From positions 2,010,001 to 2,042,000 of the forward strand of contig NZ_AP028907.1 of NCBI RefSeq assembly GCF_036323395.1: a stretch of 32,000 nt of DNA, in the 5' to 3' direction. Below the pieces are notes generated by a model. That model saw only the letters and a program-made list of their open reading frames with translations, did no database searches and was not told the origin of the DNA. Position numbers and translations under genes: made by a program. Of this stretch, positions 8,544-15,757 are shown in pieces. Source of the stretch: Pyrodictium abyssi. Its GTDB lineage: Archaea; Thermoproteota; Thermoprotei_A; Sulfolobales; Pyrodictiaceae. The number at the start of each line of letters is the position of its first letter. The stretch's first letter is position 1.

Positions 8544-9719
8544 GCCAGCCCGCTGCGCCCTTGACGCTAGCTCGGCTGCTTTCCAGGGGTCGTCGAGCTC
8601 CGGCGCCCTGACGCCCTCAAGCCATGCACGCCTGTATATCTCGGCTACGCTCCCGGCTTCTAGCTCTTCCAGGTCCTCCCGCCTCCCTAGGATCTCCTTG
8701 GCGTACGTTAATGGCTTAGCATCTCTGGCGCTGAACCGCCATAGGTGTTGTTCTCGAAACTCCTCCAGGCTAGTCCAGCTATACCACCGCCTCCACATCT
8801 TCTCTAGCACTAGATCGATTAGCCCCGGATCCTCTAGAGGCGGTATGTTCTCGAACTCGTGGAGCGCTTTGTAGGGGCAAAGAGCGCATGCAACACGGGG
8901 CACGCCGTCCAAGTAGTCGGGGTGTACCAGACCAGCCTTCCTCACGATAGCTATTATGTCGGGTAGCGTGAACATGTACGTCGGGCGAAACTTTCTGCCG
9001 GTAAGAACTACCCGGCTAGCAGCAGCCTTTGAGAGCCGCTCGAACCTCTTAGGCGACTCTATGAGCCTATCGCCTATCACCTCTACTAGCCTCGGATCCT
9101 TCTTCCTGGCCTCTCTCATCGGCTTAGCCTTATAGACGGTGCAGAACCGGTAGCCTCGCCGGGGCATCCCCTTCCACTTGAGAAGGCTCTTCATGTCTCT
9201 CCGCGGGGCAGACCTTATATCCACTTGGATGCCTAGCCGCGATGAGAGCTTCTCGACAAACTCTACGCTACGCGGGCTCTCGAGGAACGGTATATGAATG
9301 AACATCACGCGGAGGCGGAAGCTCACATACTCCTGGAGCTTTAGGAGAGTGAGCAGCGCTGCAACCGAGTCTTTTCCACCGCTGAACCCTAGGAGCACCG
9401 TCCTCCCGCGGAGCTCCCGGCCGACCATCCTGGCGAGTGTTCTGGCGTACTCGTCGAGATCAGGGACTGCCCTAGCGTGGACATAGGGTGGTGAGGCGAG
9501 CCACGGCTTTACCGGCGCGAAGCCGCGTCCACGCTCGGCTTCTACCTCTAGCACGCCTCTACGGCTAAGGAGCCCGGTAACGTCTAGGGCTCTGCTCTTA
9601 GAGACCCATAGATAGTACCGGCAGGCGCCCTCGGTGCTGCAGATCTTTGTAGCGTCGCCCCCGCTTCCAATTACTCCGCGTAGCTCGCCCCTCTCGATGA
9701 CCGGGTACAGCTCGGTCAT
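8514..9719 (-). CDS. PP-loop ATP pyrophosphatase, PAPS-reductase-like family, with ~100-aa N-terminal extension
   Basis: PP-loop motif LGFSGGKDSVAAL, CysH-like YRFCTVYKAKPM segment, and a C-terminal CxxC (RVACALCPYK). ATG start at 9719. Confidence 0.8.
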   Translation of the reverse strand: MTELYPVIERGELRGVIGSGGDATKICSTEGACRYYLWVSKSRALDVTGLLSRRGVLEVEAERGRGFAPVKPWLASPPYVHARAVPDLDEYARTLARMVGRELRGRTVLLGFSGGKDSVAALLTLLKLQEYVSFRLRVMFIHIPFLESPRSVEFVEKLSSRLGIQVDIRSAPRRDMKSLLKWKGMPRRGYRFCTVYKAKPMREARKKDPRLVEVIGDRLIESPKRFERLSKAAASRVVLTGRKFRPTYMFTLPDIIAIVRKAGLVHPDYLDGVPRVACALCPYKALHEFENIPPLEDPGLIDLVLEKMWRRWYSWTSLEEFREQHLWRFSARDAKPLTYAKEILGRREDLEELEAGSVAEIYRRAWLEGVRAPELDDPWKAAELASRAQRAGLPVALPEDY

Positions 9720-9892
9720 GGCGTGTACACCGCTACCGATAATGGCCGCTCACTGGTGGTGGTCAGAGACGTGGTGAAGGGGCAGTCTCCTCATACCCGG
9801 GGGGCCTCGGTGGCTCAACCCTTCATCAGCCCAGAGCCCCCAGGACTGCTCTCTCCACACGCCTATAGTCGCCTATATCAGCCCTTCACGAA

Positions 9893-9911
9893 CCCTACAG
9901 ACGATGTAGGG
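9893..9911 (+). other. 7-bp stem / 5-nt loop hairpin in the divergent PAPS-reductase-like spacer
   Basis: CCCTACA (9893-9899), loop GACGA, then TGTAGGG (9905-9911), a perfect complement. It is preceded by a direct repeat of GCCTATA at 9861-9867 and 9871-9877. Confidence 0.3.
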
Positions 9912-9994
9912 ACACGCGCCTGTAGGCCCAGGCACCACGCAGGCCTAGGCGAGGCCGTAGATACGGCGCCAGGTAGACGGGTGCACGCGGGGCC

Positions 9995-11428
9995 ATGTTC
10001 ACGATAGTTACTAGGAGTAAACGCGACGCGGACGCTGTAAAGGCTATGGTAGAGCGCTTCTACCCAGGCTGGGGTATAGACGTCAAGACGCTTCATGGCG
10101 CGCGTAGCAGCGAAGCCATGCTGCGCGAGCTATCCGGCATAGTCGAGCCAGACAGGTTTTACATAGTACTGCTTGGCAGGGAGGACCAGCGTGCTGCAAG
10201 AGAGCTTGCAGGGGAGGTACCGCCTAACGTCGTGGTCCACGTTGTGCCACGGAGCCGGGTAAGGAACGCCCGGCTCGAGCTGCTCTACGCGGAGGTTGCC
10301 CGCGCCCGCTCAGTGATAAGGGTGGCGGCGTCGTGGGACCCTGGACGGAGGGTATTCCTACTAGGTCCCCGTAGGCAGGGCGAGCCGCTAGAAGGATTAG
10401 AGCCGCAGCCGAGCTTTGACAACTTCATCGGCCTGGGCAGGTTCGCGAAGATAGTGGCAAGGCTCGCTGGGGGCAGGATAGGCCTTAACCCGCTGGTAGT
10501 CCGTACCCGTGGGGGCCTACACCTAGTCTACAATGGGCCCCAGCCGCGGGCAGAGCTGGAAGTCAAAGACGAGGGTCTCTCGCCTAGGGCGCGTATAACT
10601 GGGGACTATGAGCCGGTTGACGTGAGCCTTGAAGCTATGGTTGAGGCAAACCGGGGTATACTGCAGCTCTACGAGCGGGCCTCCCTAAGGTTCCTCGAAA
10701 GCCTAGGCGACTTCGACACAGTGATGGTTCCCTGGAGTGGGGGCAAGGACAGTACAGCGATACTCTTACTCGCACTAACACTCTACGGCCGTGATAAGGT
10801 GCGCGTAGTCTACGGCGACACGGGGACCGAGTTCCCCATCTCAAGGCAGTACGTCGAGGAGCTAGCAGAGAAGCTAGGCATAGACTACGTAGAGGCTTAT
10901 GGTGGCGTCGACAAGATGTTGCTGGAGGGCGTGGCGCCGATGCCGACGCACAGTAACCGATGGTGCACAGGGCTCAAGGTATCGGCTATAGAAGGGGCCG
11001 TGAAGAAGCTAGCTGAGGGCCGGACGCTACTACTTGTCGGAGACCGTGACGCCGAGTCGCCGCGTAGGAGTGCACGGCCGCCAGTCAGGCCGGGACCAGC
11101 AGAGAACATAGTCATGGCAGCACCCATAAAGCTCTGGGGAGGGGCGCATGTACAGCTCTACGTCCTCTCGAAGGGTGTGCCGCTGAACCCTATGTACGAG
11201 TACGGCTTCTACCGGATAGGCTGCTACATGTGCCCAGCGCTGCGTAACTGGGAGCTACACGTGCTTACCACGACTCCTAAACTGCACCTGCAGCTGCTGC
11301 GTAGCCCCATCTACAGGCGCTTCGTCATGATGAGGCTGCGCGGCAAGACGAAGGCGGCGGACTTCGAGCCAGAAGAGGAGGCGGCCTGCAGCTTCTCCTC
11401 GAGCGTGGTAACAGACTGCGGCTACTAA
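9995..11428 (+). CDS. PP-loop ATP pyrophosphatase, PAPS-reductase-like family, with ~240-aa unrecognised N-terminal region
   Basis: PP-loop motif VPWSGGKDSTAILLL, CysH-like NRWCTGLKVSAI segment, and CxxC in YRIGCYMCPAL. It is a paralog of the divergently transcribed gene at 8514-9719. Confidence 0.8.
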   Translation: MFTIVTRSKRDADAVKAMVERFYPGWGIDVKTLHGARSSEAMLRELSGIVEPDRFYIVLLGREDQRAARELAGEVPPNVVVHVVPRSRVRNARLELLYAEVARARSVIRVAASWDPGRRVFLLGPRRQGEPLEGLEPQPSFDNFIGLGRFAKIVARLAGGRIGLNPLVVRTRGGLHLVYNGPQPRAELEVKDEGLSPRARITGDYEPVDVSLEAMVEANRGILQLYERASLRFLESLGDFDTVMVPWSGGKDSTAILLLALTLYGRDKVRVVYGDTGTEFPISRQYVEELAEKLGIDYVEAYGGVDKMLLEGVAPMPTHSNRWCTGLKVSAIEGAVKKLAEGRTLLLVGDRDAESPRRSARPPVRPGPAENIVMAAPIKLWGGAHVQLYVLSKGVPLNPMYEYGFYRIGCYMCPALRNWELHVLTTTPKLHLQLLRSPIYRRFVMMRLRGKTKAADFEPEEEAACSFSSSVVTDCGY

Positions 11429-11556
11429 GCCCGGGCTAGCGGCGTCAGAGCATAAGGCATACAAGAAGGGCTCAGAAAGACACCGGGGCTCCTAGGGGTC
11501 CTGGGGCTGCTGTGCTGACAACCCCTGTTGCCCGCTGCCCCGGAGAAGGGGCTGCA

Positions 11557-11587
11557 GAGCCCCCGAGGGGCGGGGGGCTATGAGGAC
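11557..11587 (+). repeat. GC-rich hairpin motif copy A (GAGCCCCCGAGGGGCGGGGGGCTATGAGGAC)
   Basis: GCCCC-CGA-GGGGC stem-loop upstream of hel308. It aligns with copy B at 13922-13953: 26 identical positions with 5 gap positions, hand-aligned. Confidence 0.3.
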
Positions 11588-11651
11588 TTCAGCGGCGACT
11601 GAGCAGCCCTCCGCGCTGCTGATAGCCCGTGGTGTGTGGTGAAGCACCTGG

Positions 11652-13886
11652 ATGCGTGTAGAGGAGCTAGCTCTACCGGTTGAGGCTAAGCGTGTACTCC
11701 TGGAGCACGGCTATAGTGAGCTATTTCCGCCTCAGAGGGAGGCTGTGCGAGCCGGCCTTCTCGAGGGCAGGAGCATAGTAGTGGCGTCGCCGACTGGCTC
11801 CGGTAAGAGCCTCATAGCGCTTCTCGCGGCTCTACGCGTACTCGGCGAGCCGGGCGAGGGATGCCGCGTAGTCTATGCTGCTCCGCTCCGTAGCCTTGTC
11901 TACGAGAGGGCCGGGGAGTGGCGCAGTATCCTTGAGAAGCTCGGCAGACGGGTCGCGGTATCAACGGGTGATTACGACCGTGTCGAGCCCTGGCTCGGCG
12001 AGGCAGACGCGGTGATGGTCACCTATGAGAAGCTCGACTCGCTGCTACGCCATGGAGCTGGCTTGCTGGCAGAGGTCTGCGTGTTCATTGTAGACGAGAT
12101 ACACTATGTGGGGGACGCGCGCCGCGGCCCCGTCCTCGAGACGGTGATAGCTCGGCTAATGGCTATGAACGATGGTATGCAGGTTGTGGCGCTGAGCGCC
12201 ACGATAAGCAACGCCGGAGAGATAGCAGCGTGGCTAGGCGCTAGGCTCGTCGAGAGCAGCTGGCGCCCTGTAAGGCTCCGCGAGGGAGTCTTCAACAACT
12301 ACGTTGTAGAGTGGAGTGATGGAGAGGAAACACGTGTAGAGAAGCGGACCCGTAACCCCACTCTGGATGCAGCCCTTGACGCTGTAGCCGGTGGAGGGCA
12401 GGCCCTGATATTCGTTAATTCTAGGAGGAAGGCTGTGGAGCTTGCAGAGAAGCTAGCAGCCGCGGCGGCTAGCAATGGAGAGGTGCGCCGCCTCTTAGAC
12501 CCTGGCGGCGCTGCCGAACCCTATGTGGAGGAGCTGCGTGGGCGCCATGAGCACCGGGAGCTTAACGAGAAGCTAGCCCGGCTGCTCGGCATGGGGGTAG
12601 GCTTTCATCACGCCGGGCTCGCGAGCTACCAGAGAGACGTGGTGGAGAAGGCTTTCCGTGCCCGTGTGCTGCGCGTGCTTGTGGCCACACCCACGCTAGC
12701 TGCGGGGGTCAACCTTCCTGCTAGACGCGTGGTGGTGGATACCCTCTACCGTTTCCGGTCTGGCAGGGGCTCTGAGCCGATCAAGGTGTCTGAGTACAAG
12801 CAGCTCGCGGGGCGTGCTGGGCGGCCGGGCCTCGACCCGGTGGGCGAGGCGGTCATAATAGCTAGGACGTGGGAGCAAGCATGGGAGGCGCTCGTAGGCT
12901 ACGTCAAAGGCGAGCCAGAGCCGATAGTCTCTAAGCTTGTCTCCGAGGCGGCTCTGAGGAGCCAAGTACTCGCAGTAGTCTCGAGTCTCGGCGTGGCCAC
13001 GGTATCAGAGGTAGCCAGTGTATTCGAGCGGACGCTCTACGCGGTTCAGGTGGGCCCGCCTTTCGAGGAAGTGGACAGGATAACCTGGGTGCTGGACGAG
13101 TACGGGTTTGTCAGCCGTGTCGGCGACGTGGTGGAGGCTACTGAGACTGGGCGGCGCGTAGCAGAGCTCTACATAGACCCGCTCACCGGGTACCGTATGC
13201 TACGAGGCCTAGAAGCGCTCCGAGCCGAGAGGCCGCCTATCGAGAGGCTCCTCTTCCTATCGCTCTGGAGCCCTGACGCGACCCGGATACGGCCGCCCCG
13301 CGGGCTGCACCTGGCCCTCGAAATGGAGGCTGAGCAGCTACTAGAAGATCTAGGCTTTAAGCCGTACGAGGAGGTCGGCGAGGCCGATATCGCTGTAGCG
13401 GCCGAGGCCCTCTACACGGCCGACATGCTGCTAGACTGGGTCATGGAGAAGCCGGAGGACGCTATACTGGCCAAGTATGGAATCGATCCTGGCGACCTCC
13501 GCGCCGTTGTAGAGACCACTAATTGGCTGGTATACTCCATGGCACAGCTGGCCCGGATTACAGGGCACCCGGCGGCAACGTATCTAGACAAGCTCACAGT
13601 AATGGTCAAGCATGGGGTCCAGGAGGAGCTAGTAGAGCTGGTAAAGCTCCCGGGTATAGGCAGGGTTCGTGCACGCCGCCTCTACGAGGCGGGATACCGA
13701 AACCCTGGCGACTTGGCGGGCCTCAGCCCTGAGCAGCTCGCGAGCCTTCTCCGCGGCCTAGGCGAGGAACGTGCACGCCAGGCACTCGTTGAGGCTCAAC
13801 GCACGGCTACGAAGCGGGAGACCGCTAGCCAGGCGGGGGCTCAGCGCAAGAGGCAGAGGAGTATCCTCGACTACCTCGGTGGCTAG
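11652..13886 (+). CDS. hel308: Ski2-like SF2 DNA helicase Hel308/Hjm
   Basis: Motif I ASPTGSGKS, motif II VDEIH, motif III SAT, and motif VI QLAGRAGRPG. A C-terminal helix-hairpin-helix domain is present (LPGIGRVRARRLYEAGY). The 744-aa length is typical of archaeal Hel308. Confidence 0.9.
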   Translation: MRVEELALPVEAKRVLLEHGYSELFPPQREAVRAGLLEGRSIVVASPTGSGKSLIALLAALRVLGEPGEGCRVVYAAPLRSLVYERAGEWRSILEKLGRRVAVSTGDYDRVEPWLGEADAVMVTYEKLDSLLRHGAGLLAEVCVFIVDEIHYVGDARRGPVLETVIARLMAMNDGMQVVALSATISNAGEIAAWLGARLVESSWRPVRLREGVFNNYVVEWSDGEETRVEKRTRNPTLDAALDAVAGGGQALIFVNSRRKAVELAEKLAAAAASNGEVRRLLDPGGAAEPYVEELRGRHEHRELNEKLARLLGMGVGFHHAGLASYQRDVVEKAFRARVLRVLVATPTLAAGVNLPARRVVVDTLYRFRSGRGSEPIKVSEYKQLAGRAGRPGLDPVGEAVIIARTWEQAWEALVGYVKGEPEPIVSKLVSEAALRSQVLAVVSSLGVATVSEVASVFERTLYAVQVGPPFEEVDRITWVLDEYGFVSRVGDVVEATETGRRVAELYIDPLTGYRMLRGLEALRAERPPIERLLFLSLWSPDATRIRPPRGLHLALEMEAEQLLEDLGFKPYEEVGEADIAVAAEALYTADMLLDWVMEKPEDAILAKYGIDPGDLRAVVETTNWLVYSMAQLARITGHPAATYLDKLTVMVKHGVQEELVELVKLPGIGRVRARRLYEAGYRNPGDLAGLSPEQLASLLRGLGEERARQALVEAQRTATKRETASQAGAQRKRQRSILDYLGG

Positions 13887-13921
13887 CGCTGCGTGTGGCT
13901 GTGAGGAGACCGCCAGTGTCT

Positions 13922-13953
13922 GAGCCCCTCGGAGGGGCGGCGAGGGGCTGTGA
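13922..13953 (+). repeat. GC-rich hairpin motif copy B (GAGCCCCTCGGAGGGGCGGCGAGGGGCTGTGA)
   Basis: GCCCCT-CGG-AGGGGC stem-loop 36 nt after the hel308 stop and upstream of TIP49. It is similar to copy A. Confidence 0.3.
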
Positions 13954-14026
13954 CGTGTGCTTCGCTGCCCGAGCCAGCCCTACGCCTACCGGGCGATGTG
14001 TTGCCGAAGCCAGCCGGAGGGAAAGA

Positions 14027-14034
14027 CTTTTGTA
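14027..14034 (+). promoter_or_regulatory. TATA-like T-rich element upstream of TIP49 ATG 14059
   Basis: CTTTTGTA lies 25-32 nt upstream of ATG 14059 in otherwise GC-rich DNA. This is consistent with a leaderless crenarchaeal transcript. Confidence 0.25.
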
Positions 14035-14058
14035 GAAGCGGGTCTGAAGCAGCCCTCA

Positions 14059-15426
14059 ATGGGCGACGTTGACATGGCGGCAATAAAGGAGGTAAAGCCG
14101 GTAAAAGAGCTCAGGAGAGTAGGCGCTCACAGCCACATTAGAGGGCTGGGGCTCGACGAGAAAGGACGTGCGAAATTCATAGCAGATGGAATGGTCGGCC
14201 AGACCGAGGCCCGTGAAGCAGCCGGTATTGTAGTACAGATGATACGCGAGGGCAAAATGGCGGGCCGTGGTGTGCTGATAGTAGGTCCAAGCGGGACCGG
14301 CAAGACAGCCATAGCAGTCGGTATAGCCAAGGAGCTGGGCGAAGACACACCATTCGTAGCTATGAGCGGCTCAGAGATATATAGTAGCGAGCTTAAGAAG
14401 ACTGAGGTGCTGATGCAGGTTCTACGCAAGTCCATAGGCGTGAGGTTCCGCGAGCGCCGCACAGTATACGAGGGCGCTGTAGCACAGCTCCGCATAGCCT
14501 ACGTGAAGCACCCGTTCAACCCGTACGTCAAGGTGCCTAGGGAAGCCGAGATAGTCCTAGAGACCACCGATGATAGCCTAAAACTCCGCGTCGGAGAGGA
14601 GATAGCCGTCCAGCTGCTCCAGCTACGCGTACGCCGCGGCGACGTGATATGGATAGATGCCGAGACGGGAGAAGTGCACAAGGTAGGCAGACTGTGCAGC
14701 GAGAAGCGCTACGATATATCAGCCTACAAGTGTGTGGAGAAGCCCAGCGGCCCCGTGAAGAAAGACAAAGAGATAGTACACATGCTCACACTACACGACC
14801 TCGACGTGGCCTATGCAGCGCAGCGTGTAGCCGTAGCGAGCTTTCTCGGTATGCCCCTAACCCGGGAGATACCCAGCGACGTGCGGCAGCGCGTCGACGA
14901 AGAGGTAAAGAAGCTGATAAACGAGGGCCGTGCCGAGCTAGTACCCGGCGTGCTATTCATAGACGACGCTCATATGCTCGACATAGAGGCCTTCAGCTTC
15001 CTAACACGGGCCATGGAGAGCGAGCTGGCCCCGATACTAGTGCTCGCAACCAACCGCGGCATGACCAAGATAAGGGGCACCGACATAGAGGCTCCGCACG
15101 GTATACCGCTAGACCTGCTCGACCGCCTCCTCATAATCCGGACAAGGCCCTACACCGCCGAGGAGATACGGGAGATACTAAAGATACGGGCTGACGAGGA
15201 AGAGATACCGCTCAGCAGCGACGCGCTAGAAGAGCTCACCAAGCTAGGAGTAGAGCGTAGCCTACGCTACGCGGTACAGCTCATGGAGCCAGCCCGCATC
15301 ATAGCAGAGCGCGAGGGTAGAACCAAGGTAACCGTAGAGGACGTGAGAAAGGCGGCAAGCTACTTCGTAGACCTCCGGGAAAGCGTGCAATACATACAGC
15401 AGTACGAGGAGAAGCTGCTAAAGTAG
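14059..15426 (+). CDS. TIP49 / RuvB-like AAA+ ATPase (Pontin/Reptin homolog)
   Basis: The N-terminus [14 protein letters not shown]...[13 protein letters not shown], Walker [10 protein letters not shown], an inserted OB-like domain II, and Walker [11 protein letters not shown] all match the TIP49 family. The ORF track begins at 13957, but the family-typical N-terminus begins at ATG 14059 or 14074. A T-rich TATA-like element lies at 14027-14034. Confidence 0.9.
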   Translation: MGDVDMAAIKEVKPVKELRRVGAHSHIRGLGLDEKGRAKFIADGMVGQTEAREAAGIVVQMIREGKMAGRGVLIVGPSGTGKTAIAVGIAKELGEDTPFVAMSGSEIYSSELKKTEVLMQVLRKSIGVRFRERRTVYEGAVAQLRIAYVKHPFNPYVKVPREAEIVLETTDDSLKLRVGEEIAVQLLQLRVRRGDVIWIDAETGEVHKVGRLCSEKRYDISAYKCVEKPSGPVKKDKEIVHMLTLHDLDVAYAAQRVAVASFLGMPLTREIPSDVRQRVDEEVKKLINEGRAELVPGVLFIDDAHMLDIEAFSFLTRAMESELAPILVLATNRGMTKIRGTDIEAPHGIPLDLLDRLLIIRTRPYTAEEIREILKIRADEEEIPLSSDALEELTKLGVERSLRYAVQLMEPARIIAEREGRTKVTVEDVRKAASYFVDLRESVQYIQQYEEKLLK

Positions 15427-15469
15427 CAGTGTACCCTGCTGTTCCACACCAGCCCAATCCTGCGTATAC

Positions 15470-15484
15470 ATGTTCGAACATTTT
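15470..15484 (+). terminator. Perfect 12-bp palindrome ATGTTCGAACAT followed by a T-run, 44 nt after the TIP49 stop
   Basis: Read directly: ATGTTCGAACAT at 15470-15481 is its own reverse complement and runs into TTTT (15481-15484). Archaeal termination commonly uses oligo-T tracts. The element could instead be a protein-binding site. Confidence 0.3.
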
Positions 15485-15757
15485 GGCCCAGAGCCGCGTA
15501 GCAGTCTTCTCGCCATACAGCCTCGTGCGAACGGGGCTTTCAGCTCTTCTACACCTTTATGTGCTAGCCGGAGGGATCGGTAACGACCCTCGCGTCAGCC
15601 CATGGACACGTGGTAGGCTGGGTTGCAGCTCTGCCAGAGAGACGACGGGAAGACTATCTAGGGGGAGTCACCGGGTAGAGTAGCGAGCTAGCACGCGCCA
15701 TGCATGGTGCCTAGCTCTCTCCTGTACCAGCACCCGGTATGGAGGACTGACGCGGAT

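Noticed and set aside
9723-10096. Track ORFs 9723-10007 (+, 94 aa) and 9878-10096 (-, 72 aa) in the PP-loop spacer
   Set aside because: Composition is Pro/Arg/Gly/Ser-rich with no start context. They overlap each other and the start of the 477-aa gene. I treated the region as non-coding, possibly structured RNA.
11579-11604. C/D-box sRNA reading of ATGAGGA-N12-CTGA (a second instance lies at 13900-13925)
   Set aside because: The box C is imperfect (UGAGGA, not UGAUGA). There is no C'/D' pair at the correct spacing: only 16 nt precede the next CTGA. There is no terminal stem either. I kept it only as part of the repeat-motif finding.
8514-15426. Reading PP-loop pair + Hel308 + TIP49 as a Dnd/Ssp/BREX-like defence island
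   Set aside because: Hel308 and TIP49 look like full-length housekeeping orthologs (PIP box, HhH domain, canonical TIP49 N-terminus). There is no nuclease, methyltransferase, SMC-like DndD or cysteine desulfurase. GC content is not atypical and there are no mobile-element scars. I kept it only as a low-probability alternative inside the PP-loop finding.
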